IMG/VR virus record: IMGVR_UViG_3300028888_000047 | Location: 128,001 to 192,000 of that record | Source of the DNA: a virus | Lineage: Duplodnaviria; Caudoviricetes | Strand: one strand, 5' to 3' | DNA length: 64,000 nt | Shown here: in pieces, positions 37,554-45,322 of the stretch | Position numbering within the stretch: the first letter of the stretch is position 1 | Layout of the letters: every line of letters begins with the position of its first letter | Position numbers and translations under genes: made by a program | The notes under the pieces: model-generated | What the model was told of the DNA's origin: nothing | The model's database searches: none | What the model saw: the letters and a program-made list of their open reading frames with translations, nothing else

Positions 37554-38330
37554 TCATGGATTTATCGTTTCATTTATTCTTTTCAATGAATATTTAACTT
37601 GTTCTTCAGATATTTCACTTCCAACATATATCGGACATTTTTCAGAAAGAATGCATCCTACCGCTGTTGTACCAGTTCCCATAAATGGGTCGTATACGAT
37701 AAAGTCTTTCGAACCAGCATATAGATTTAGTAATTTTACTACTAATTCACTACTGAATGTGGCTTGATTTAACTTATTGGTTTTTTCATCGTTATTTTTA
37801 GCTTCAACAAAGTTATAGAAAACATTGTAATATGTCTGCTTTGTTTTTTCACTAACTGATGCAACTCCTTTATCTATGAAAAAATCGTTAGTCATTCCAT
37901 CCTTTGCAAATACAAACACATATTCCCAAGTTCTACTAAGTCTACATTTGTTTGCCGGAAACGGTAAGCCACTACTTTTTTTCCAACATATAGTATCAAC
38001 CAATCTCCAATTGGTCTTTTCAACTATCTCAGTTACTAACTTATATGGAAGTGCTGGGTTTTCAATGCTATACCCAAAGTTATATAACACAACCCCATTA
38101 TCAACAACAATCCTATTAAATTCATCGAAAACGTTTTTTGTAAATTCTAGGTATTCTTCCTCTGTCTTCCAATCCTTATAGACATCATATCTACCACTAT
38201 CAGCATAACCGCCTTTACGCTTTGTCATATTGTAAGGAGGACTGGTCAATATAAGATTTATAGACTTGTCCTCCATACGTTTCATAGTGTCGAAACAATC
38301 CTCATTGTATATTGCGTTGAACTCAATCAT
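37554..38330 (-). CDS. N4/N6 DNA methyltransferase
   Basis: TSPPY, DPFMGTGTT. Confidence 0.92.
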   Translation of the reverse strand: MIEFNAIYNEDCFDTMKRMEDKSINLILTSPPYNMTKRKGGYADSGRYDVYKDWKTEEEYLEFTKNVFDEFNRIVVDNGVVLYNFGYSIENPALPYKLVTEIVEKTNWRLVDTICWKKSSGLPFPANKCRLSRTWEYVFVFAKDGMTNDFFIDKGVASVSEKTKQTYYNVFYNFVEAKNNDEKTNKLNQATFSSELVVKLLNLYAGSKDFIVYDPFMGTGTTAVGCILSEKCPIYVGSEISEEQVKYSLKRINETINP

Positions 38331-38446
38331 AAGTTACTTTGGCTCTTATTATTTATATAAACAAAATTGTCATATGAATATTTATCGCCATGTATTTTTT
38401 TAGCGTTTTCAACAAAGTCTTTTTTAGTTTTTCTTGGTTGCCACAT
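38327..38446 (-). pseudogene. Truncated homing-endonuclease DNA-binding repeat remnant
   Basis: 39 aa, KTKKDFVENAKKIHGDKYSY...YINN, typical of phage HEG repeats. Confidence 0.5.
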
Positions 38447-38451
38447 ATATT

Positions 38452-39003
38452 TTATTCAATTTTTTCATCCACAACTGCTATGGTATCATTATGCATTGAA
38501 CCATGAGCAACAAGAAGAATCTCCTTAATCTCACATCCGTATTTCTTGCCAATGCCATTTGTATTCCATCCAAATGTGAGACATACACCACCAGGTTTAA
38601 GTATTCTACTAATTTCTTTCTTTATATCAGTCCAAAACGCTATTGATGTTGACTGATAATCAACTGTCTTACCCAACTTCTTATAACACACCTTAACCTG
38701 GGTAGGAGAGAATGGCGCATCGAAGAGAACCATATCTACAGAATTGTCATCAAACATCTTTAAAAAGTCCTTTGCGTCCAAATGATAATCAGTATCATAT
38801 TGTGGGTCAATATCATTTGTTATCGTTCCATTTTTATTGGAGTTTGCAAATGGGTCTAAAATGATAGCATTTTCTGGTAATTTAGCTTTGTATTTATCGA
38901 TTAGTTCTTTAAATGGCTTTATTGAAAATGTGTTTTTATTGGGCATTGCCCATGTTCTCCTAAGTATTACTCCATCTTCATCGATTGTTTTAAATTCAGG
39001 CAT
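38452..39003 (-). CDS. Adenine-specific DNA methyltransferase-like protein
   Basis: ILDPFAN, VLFDAPFS, RILKPGG. Confidence 0.75.
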   Translation of the reverse strand: MPEFKTIDEDGVILRRTWAMPNKNTFSIKPFKELIDKYKAKLPENAIILDPFANSNKNGTITNDIDPQYDTDYHLDAKDFLKMFDDNSVDMVLFDAPFSPTQVKVCYKKLGKTVDYQSTSIAFWTDIKKEISRILKPGGVCLTFGWNTNGIGKKYGCEIKEILLVAHGSMHNDTIAVVDEKIE

Positions 39004-39034
39004 TAAATTTAATAATTTACATATATTATTTTAG

Positions 39035-39116
39035 TACACCCGGTGAGACTCGAACTCACACGCCTCGCGACACTACATCCTTAGTGTAGCCTGTCTACCA
39101 ATTCCAGCACGGGTGC
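39035..39116 (-). tRNA. tRNA-Leu(AAG)
   Basis: CTACA-CTAAGGA-TGTAG, V-arm, A73. Confidence 0.88.
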
Positions 39117-39155
39117 TTTTATATAATATAGTAAATTAAAAGATGGAGTCAATAA

Positions 39156-39584
39156 TTAGCAGCCTCCTCCTCCACATCTTCCACGAGAAAAAATTCCGCC
39201 ACAGCCTCCTCCGGTGCCACAAGATGCGCTTCTATTTCCGCTTCCACCACATCCGCCATATGACTGACGAGTATCAAAAAAACTTCCTCCCCCACAATCG
39301 CCATACGAAGGTGCTACACGTTGTCCGCAGCTACCGTATGTTTTTCCGCCGCAACTACCTAAAATTGGACTTCCATATACAGGTCTATATTCGTCTCTAT
39401 GGTTTCCGTGTGGCATTACTCCTAAATATGGGTCAATATCAGGTTCTTCATTATCATCTGTTGGATAATCAAATTCTCCTGAATTGTCTCTTCTAAATAC
39501 TATACCACGTCTTTCCAATGCTTCTCTTAAAGCTTCTGACAAACCATTGATGTCATCTGAATCAATAAATAGTAACTTACTCAT
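39156..39584 (-). CDS. Gly/Cys-repeat protein, candidate radical-SAM RiPP precursor
   Basis: Acidic N-terminal half, then seven xCG repeats (mostly GxCGG) and a terminal Cys. Confidence 0.6.
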   Translation of the reverse strand: MSKLLFIDSDDINGLSEALREALERRGIVFRRDNSGEFDYPTDDNEEPDIDPYLGVMPHGNHRDEYRPVYGSPILGSCGGKTYGSCGQRVAPSYGDCGGGSFFDTRQSYGGCGGSGNRSASCGTGGGCGGIFSRGRCGGGGC

Positions 39585-39590
39585 AGTTAT

Positions 39591-40643
39591 TTAAATTGTT
39601 GTTATTTTAACTAAATTTTCTTTAAGTTGTTTTTTAAGTGTTTCTTTTATTTCTTCCAACTGTGATTCATTATTTATTATTTTTGAAAATTCTGTATGTT
39701 CTGTAAGGTTTATTCTATCAGTATGTATGTCTGCACAATAATATTTTATTACATTACCATCCTTATTCCAATCAACATAAACCTCTATTTCTGTATCTTC
39801 AATATCAGGAGTTTTGAATATCCAATTATTGAATTCATCGTCATTATTGAAATCCCAATCCTTGTATACATTTCCATCAGGGGTAATTATAACATCATTG
39901 ATATATGTTTTATTACCCATTTTAACAGATGAAAACATCAATCCTCTATGATATGAAATAATACAATTATCTGCCTCAAAAGTTGAAGAGTGACATACTA
40001 AACAGCCTCCACTTCCACTATACATATATTCTTCGCTGAGAAGAGTTTCAATCTCGTCACGGGCCTTTAATGTTGTTGTATCAAGCTTTGTATAATCAGC
40101 CCTTAGATTTATAAGCCTCTTTTCGCTTCCCCATTTCTTAACAAACTCTTTAAACTCATCAAATGAGAAATTTTTATTGATAACCGTATTAATTCTTATC
40201 GGCTTTTCAATTCTGTCTATTAACTTCAAATCAGCCACGCCACTAAATTCGTGACCAATATGTCTTGATATATTAATACCGTGTATCTTTGGCTCAGAAT
40301 TGATATAATCAATTATTTCATCAATGTTCTTAACCAATGGCAATGTTGTGTTAATAAAACACCTTTTATTCATCGCCGATATAATCCTTTTTGTTTCATC
40401 AAGATTAGCAAAAGGCTCGCCACCGGTTAATACATATTCTACCACATCGTAGTTATTGTTTATTTTATTGATTTGTTCTATAATTTTATTCGGATTTAAT
40501 TTGATGTTCTTATACATCTTCTTTGATGTACAAAAAGGACAATTGTTGTCGCAATCAAATGGAACAAATATAGTACAAGCCAAGTTTCTTCTTCCAACTA
40601 AGTATTTCATATTTAAAAAATTAATATTTGTCCAAAGATACAC
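39591..40643 (-). CDS. Radical SAM enzyme
   Basis: CDNNCPFC, TGGEP, additional GGCLVC. Confidence 0.88.
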   Translation of the reverse strand: MYLWTNINFLNMKYLVGRRNLACTIFVPFDCDNNCPFCTSKKMYKNIKLNPNKIIEQINKINNNYDVVEYVLTGGEPFANLDETKRIISAMNKRCFINTTLPLVKNIDEIIDYINSEPKIHGINISRHIGHEFSGVADLKLIDRIEKPIRINTVINKNFSFDEFKEFVKKWGSEKRLINLRADYTKLDTTTLKARDEIETLLSEEYMYSGSGGCLVCHSSTFEADNCIISYHRGLMFSSVKMGNKTYINDVIITPDGNVYKDWDFNNDDEFNNWIFKTPDIEDTEIEVYVDWNKDGNVIKYYCADIHTDRINLTEHTEFSKIINNESQLEEIKETLKKQLKENLVKITTI

Positions 40644-40692
40644 AAAAAAATCAATATGAACAAATATTTTTAGTTAAAAAAAGTTAAATGAA

Positions 40693-41091
40693 TTAAGGCT
40701 TTTTAAACACTTCAGCCCCATCGAATAAATCTCCAACATATAGTTTATTAACATCAATACTTTGCTTGATGCCATCATATTTAAACATTATGTTGAGATT
40801 ATCATCCTTTACATTAACAGTAACTTCTGACCAATCGTCTGCTGCAAGGTCATCTTGCTGCGGGGACCATCCAGTCATTACATTTTTTTGGAGTTTATCG
40901 TATTTGCATAAAACCTGTTCGGCCTTTACTTCTCCACCATTTACATCAGCGAGCATTTTTAATATTGGGTCTTTACACCATTCTGATTTAACGCTTGCCT
41001 TTGGCTTGAGCCAAATGAATATTCCACTCCAAGATATTCTTGAAACAAAACCACCTTCCTCCAAAATCTTGTAACATTCTCCAAATTTCAT
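40693..41091 (-). CDS. DUF2829 / Tad2-like anti-defence nucleotide sponge
   Basis: MKFG.....L..G..V.R..W...FI...W.P.Q.DL.A.DW. Confidence 0.75.
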   Translation of the reverse strand: MKFGECYKILEEGGFVSRISWSGIFIWLKPKASVKSEWCKDPILKMLADVNGGEVKAEQVLCKYDKLQKNVMTGWSPQQDDLAADDWSEVTVNVKDDNLNIMFKYDGIKQSIDVNKLYVGDLFDGAEVFKKP

Positions 41092-41494
41092 ATCTTTTTT
41101 GCTTTAATGAATAATTCTTTTCATATTACAAATATACAAAAAAAAGTTAAAAAAAAGAAATAATAAAAACAAAAAAATTGCACCATTTCTGATGCAATTA
41201 ACGCCCTAACAACGCTCCTATGGAATTACCCAATGGTCTGTCACCTTCTTCTTTGCATAAAGCAGTCGAAGCATTTACAAGGTTCAAGGGCTTTGGTTTG
41301 GCGTTAACCTACTGTAGCCCCTTTTTCGGTTTTATCATTTAATTTGAGTGTGTTGCTACACCAAAGAAACATATTGATTACCCTCTGCATGCTAGAGGTA
41401 GGCTATTAACTCCTACGTGGCTTCCGTTTATGAAGAATTGTTTCACTCTTTGAAAGATGGACACTTCCAATCCTACTTCCTCAAATTAATGTTG

Positions 41495-41567
41495 AGCGGA
41501 TGACCAGGTACCATCTGGCAACCTTTGCCTTGGCAAGGCAACGCTCTAGCAATTGAGCTACACCCGC
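41495..41567 (-). tRNA. tRNA-Gly(GCC), rewired elbow
   Basis: TTGCC-TTGCCAA-GGCAA; D-loop AATTGCTA; T-loop ATGGTAC. Confidence 0.85.
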
Positions 41568-41616
41568 GTGGAGCCGGCACTGTGATGCAACAGCGGTTCA
41601 CCCGGCATGTTATTAG

Positions 41617-41689
41617 AGCAGATGACCGGGTACCATCCGGCAACCTATGCCTTGGAAGGGCATCGCTCTAGCAATTGAGCTACATCTGC
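41617..41689 (-). tRNA. tRNA-Gly(TCC), rewired elbow
   Basis: ATGCC-CTTCCAA-GGCAT; same D- and T-loops as the GCC copy. Confidence 0.85.
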
Positions 41690-41961
41690 AAGATTGGGCA
41701 ATTAAGGTTTGCCCAGTACCTTTTTATTTGCGATAACAAATAAGATTATGCGCTTATTGAAAGTTGTTATCCTTTCTCGTTTGGTACGCACCGTGAGCTG
41801 TTTACGTGTTTCAGCAACCACCTTATTTGCTCTACTCCTTAACCTCGCTCGGTTAAGTAAATATATGATGTATGAAGAACCTATCAACAAATTTGTTTGT
41901 TTTCGCAGAGCATAAGACTTGTAGTTTATCACGCAGGAAACTACCAAAACTGTTATTTTCG

Positions 41962-42984
41962 TTACTGCAAAGTCTTGACAATAGCTGAACGTCCGGTCTC
42001 AGGATTGACTCCCTTACCCTCAAAGCTATTTACCTTCACGCCACGATTTGTCAAATAATCAGCAACTGCCTTTGCTCTCTTCTCAGACAACTTCTGATTA
42101 AATGCAGCAGTACCTTCCTTAGATGCTGTAGCTGTTACATCAACAATTGCATCGTTTCCAATCTGATTAAGAATGTACTTAGCCTCAGGAGAAAGAACTG
42201 CACTACCTGTGGTAAATGTAACCATCCAAACCTCATTTGCCGTTGCAACTGTTGCAGTTTCAACCGTCTTAACTTCAACAACCTTTTCGATTACCTTTGG
42301 CTTACGGCTCTCACACTCTGAAAGTGCGCCATTCAAGCGGTCAATCTCACTAATCATAGCGCCTATGTCATAAGTCTTGAAGTGGTGTGTTCCATTGCTT
42401 GTCTTGAAGTGGTACACATAAGAAACATTCAATGCAAACTGTGCGTTGTGCTTATTGAACTGCAACGCACCAAAATTGCGCAAGTTCCAATAAATAGCGG
42501 GAGTAAAAACAATTGAATGAGCCTTTTTCTTACCAAGATTAAACGCAAGGTCAAGACCAGTTTTACCCGTCAAACTATTGGATGATGTGTTCCACGTATG
42601 AAGCCAACCAATACCACCAATTGCGCTAACCTCAAACACGCGAGGGAAACCCTTATAGCCCCACAAGGCATTAGAAATGTTAAATACGCCATTAGCGCCA
42701 ACATTAGTTGCCTTTACGGCCGTTTTAATGTCTGAGAAATGGTTGTCATTAAGAACAACTAAGCCCTCTAACTGAGCGCCAAAAACAGGGGTGAAATCCT
42801 TCTGCAACTTAATACCTACATTTGTGTTCAAAGGGAACACACTGTTAAAATCAAGAGGAGTAGAAACACCTGCTGTGATTCCGAAGCTAATGTTGTCAAG
42901 CGCATTACTATTCTCAGTAGCAATCTGCGCATTAGCACTTACTACGCCCAACATAAGGGCAAAAATAAACATTAATTTCTTCAT
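41962..42984 (-). CDS. Bacteroidetes OmpA-family outer-membrane protein
   Basis: Signal peptide, beta-barrel region, coiled coil, then NQKLSEKRAKAVADYL. Confidence 0.88.
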   Translation of the reverse strand: MKKLMFIFALMLGVVSANAQIATENSNALDNISFGITAGVSTPLDFNSVFPLNTNVGIKLQKDFTPVFGAQLEGLVVLNDNHFSDIKTAVKATNVGANGVFNISNALWGYKGFPRVFEVSAIGGIGWLHTWNTSSNSLTGKTGLDLAFNLGKKKAHSIVFTPAIYWNLRNFGALQFNKHNAQFALNVSYVYHFKTSNGTHHFKTYDIGAMISEIDRLNGALSECESRKPKVIEKVVEVKTVETATVATANEVWMVTFTTGSAVLSPEAKYILNQIGNDAIVDVTATASKEGTAAFNQKLSEKRAKAVADYLTNRGVKVNSFEGKGVNPETGRSAIVKTLQ

Positions 42985-43052
42985 TTTTTTTTCTAATTTT
43001 TTAATTACAATTTTTATTTTATTATAATTTAAAACAATAAATACTACTTTAA

Positions 43053-43121
43053 AAGGGAACGCCTATTGAAGTTATCGCAATCAGAAATATGTTACAAATG
43101 TAAAATTTGCTGTACGTTCCC
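43053..43121 (-). ncRNA. ACAGCAA-stem RNA #9
   Basis: GGGAACG-TACAGCAA...CGTTCCC; cargo contains TTTGTAA. Confidence 0.72.
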
Positions 43122-43130
43122 ATATATTAA

Positions 43131-43466
43131 TTATGCCTTTGAAATCTTATATTCGTAGGAATAACCTTTAGATTTAGTACCATCTTTTTCGTCGATGTCT
43201 ACAATCTTGTAATGTTCCATCTTACAGTTAAAGCCTCTACGTTTAATGGTTTTTTCTATAAGTTCAATTCCATCATAGCAATATTGAAATTTTCTACTTA
43301 CAATAGGAATTACCAATGTGCTTGGTGGGTCCGTATCAAGTTTTCCCTTCTTTCCGTCTATAAGCCCATAGAATTCAAGCTTATTCATTATAATACCCAA
43401 AAAACATAAGGTATAAGCAGGAAAATCTACCGTTTCCTTTGTGTTCTTTTCATAAACATGTGCCAT
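43131..43466 (-). CDS. Hypothetical protein
   Basis: ORF track. Confidence 0.6.
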   Translation of the reverse strand: MAHVYEKNTKETVDFPAYTLCFLGIIMNKLEFYGLIDGKKGKLDTDPPSTLVIPIVSRKFQYCYDGIELIEKTIKRRGFNCKMEHYKIVDIDEKDGTKSKGYSYEYKISKA

Positions 43467-43505
43467 ATAAACACTATTTTTAAAATTAATACTTTCGTTA
43501 AAAAT

Positions 43506-43620
43506 AAGGAGTCATTTTAAACCCGATAGTGTTAGATTCGAACCAACGACCTCTTGGTAAAATCCAAGGCTCTAACCAACTGAGCTAACTCCCGCAGTAA
43601 ATTTTGCTGTTAGACTCCTT
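43506..43620 (-). ncRNA. ACAGCAA-stem RNA #10 enclosing a whole tRNA-like cloverleaf with a 6-nt anticodon loop
   Basis: AAGGAGTC-TAACAGCAA...GACTCCTT; D-arm, CTTGG-ATTTTA-CCAAG, T-arm GTTGG-TTCGAAT-CTAAC. Confidence 0.82.
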
Positions 43621-43784
43621 GTATATATAACCTGACTGCGTGAAGGGATTATAGGATTAGTTCTACCCTCAGATAGGGGAGGCTTCTTATGTGGGTTTTC
43701 AAATCAATCAGATGTCCCACAGCCGTTCTATACATTTACTATCAAACCACTTGCTATTACTTACACGCCTCAGCGGTTAAATTG

Positions 43785-43857
43785 TCGGGGTGACAGGACT
43801 CGAACCTGCGACCACATCATCCCAAATGACGCATTCTACCGACTGAACTACACCCCG
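43785..43857 (-). tRNA. tRNA-Pro(TGG)
   Basis: CGGGGTG acceptor, loop TTTGGGA. Confidence 0.93.
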
Positions 43858-43861
43858 AAAA

Positions 43862-43988
43862 TTAGGAAACATTTAAAAATTAGCTGGCGCTCTAAACCTA
43901 CTGAGCTATATGCCGTAGCATAAGTGGATTCGAACCACTGGCCTCCTGCTTGGAACAATTTTTTTAGTTCTTTGCTGTGAGTTTCCTT
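43862..43988 (-). ncRNA. ACAGCAA-stem RNA #11: circularly permuted tRNA mimic (Gly-derived)
   Basis: T-arm AGTGG-TTCGAAT-CCACT, acceptor TATGC-TACG-GCATA (UNCG cap), D-arm GCTC-AGTAGGTTTA-GAGC. Confidence 0.85.
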
Positions 43989-44068
43989 GTTAATATCTAT
44001 GCAAATATACAAAAAAACATTTTAATAACAAAATAATATATGTTAAAAAATGTTAAATTATATCTTAA

Positions 44069-44154
44069 TGGTTGGCGTTGGTGGACTCGAACCACCCGTG
44101 GAATTAACCAGAAGATTTACAGTCTTCCCCGATGCCATCTCCGGTCACACGCCA
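44069..44154 (-). tRNA. tRNA-Tyr(GTA), U1-A72, encoded CCA
   Basis: GAAGA-CTGTAAA-TCTTC, V-arm. Confidence 0.87.
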
Positions 44155-44158
44155 ATGT

Positions 44159-44434
44159 TTATTTTTCTTTTTTAAATCTTTCTATATCATCATTCAGAAT
44201 ACCTTTTCCTCTTTTAAGATAGCTTTCAATTTCAGTTTTTTCTTCAGGAGATATTGTAGCATCTTTAAGCGCCTTTTCAAATGAATCGATGTATGATAGG
44301 CTTTTTTCCGCATCTTCTATTGTCCTTATATTGTCAGAACTAATTAAAGATACAAGGAACATATATTTTACCTGTCTATTTTCACATATCTTATCAATAT
44401 CCTCTCCTGTAATGGTAAATTTTTTCTCTTCCAT
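44159..44434 (-). CDS. Hypothetical protein
   Basis: ORF track. Confidence 0.6.
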   Translation of the reverse strand: MEEKKFTITGEDIDKICENRQVKYMFLVSLISSDNIRTIEDAEKSLSYIDSFEKALKDATISPEEKTEIESYLKRGKGILNDDIERFKKEK

Positions 44435-44460
44435 AACTTGTTTTTTTTTATTTCAAAAAT

Positions 44461-44506
44461 AAGGGAACATTTTTTAAACGTTGTTCTACCAACTGAACTA
44501 CCCCTA
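44461..44506 (-). pseudogene. 3' remnant of a permuted ACAGCAA-stem RNA (#12)
   Basis: D-arm TAGTTCAGTTGGTAGAAC-AACG...GTTCCCTT with no 5' stem. Confidence 0.55.
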
Positions 44507-44511
44507 CATCT

Positions 44512-44982
44512 TTATACTTTCATTTCAACTTCTTCCCACTCTTCTTTTTCTTGCTTATGAATTGGAAAAAGTGTTCTCATTCTTATTAACAATGATAGCC
44601 AATCTCCATTATCTGCGTCAAAGCCAAACTTATCATCAATGCCTATATTGAAATAGAGTTTACCATCATAATTGCCCAATTTATCATTTTGTACCTCCGG
44701 ATTTTCGTTGATATAATCAAACTTAATACCGTTAGCTTTAAACACTTCTATGTATTTGTCTATTTTATCTTTATAAGAAGAAGTCCACAGTATAAGTGAA
44801 ATTTTTTTGTTATTGGTCATAAACTGTAATGCTTCTTTTGCTCCAATAAGCCACTCATATTTTTCTTCTTTTTCGTAACTGGGTCTAAATATTGTGTTAT
44901 GAATATCAACCAACACATATATCTTTTCCCATTTCTTTTCTTTCATACGTTTGTATGCAAAATCTAATGATGTTTCAATCAT
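44512..44982 (-). CDS. HAD-superfamily phosphatase-like protein
   Basis: VDIHNTI, LWTS, IDDK. Confidence 0.7.
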   Translation of the reverse strand: MIETSLDFAYKRMKEKKWEKIYVLVDIHNTIFRPSYEKEEKYEWLIGAKEALQFMTNNKKISLILWTSSYKDKIDKYIEVFKANGIKFDYINENPEVQNDKLGNYDGKLYFNIGIDDKFGFDADNGDWLSLLIRMRTLFPIHKQEKEEWEEVEMKV

Positions 44983-45229
44983 GAATTGTCCAAAGTCTAT
45001 TTGTTAATGGATGCCAATCATCTTTTTCAGTTTGGAAATAATAATAACTTCCATTCACTTCAGATGTATATTCTCCAACATCTACTAATATAGTTTCGCC
45101 ACTATAATTAAAATAACATCCTTTTGAGTTGTCTAATTTCAAAAGTTTAACTGTTGGAAAATCTCTCATATGCAACATTGTGCCACTCTTAAGAGATGGC
45201 CAATCAACTGCTGTAACTTTTGCTGACAT
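44975..45229 (-). CDS. Hypothetical protein
   Basis: ORF track. Confidence 0.55.
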   Translation of the reverse strand: MSAKVTAVDWPSLKSGTMLHMRDFPTVKLLKLDNSKGCYFNYSGETILVDVGEYTSEVNGSYYYFQTEKDDWHPLTNRLWTIHD

Positions 45230-45246
45230 AATAAAAATTAATTTTG

Positions 45247-45318
45247 TAGTCGGTACGAGATTCGAACTCGTATGGCAAGAATGAAAATCTTGAATCCTAG
45301 CCCTTAGATGAACCGACC
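45247..45318 (-). tRNA. tRNA-Glu(TTC)
   Basis: CAAGA-TTTTCAT-TCTTG. Confidence 0.9.
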
Positions 45319-45322
45319 ATTT

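Noticed and set aside
41702-41947. 81-aa minus-strand ORF
   Set aside because: Atypical composition, non-ATG start and a position between ompA and tRNAs make structured non-coding RNA more likely.
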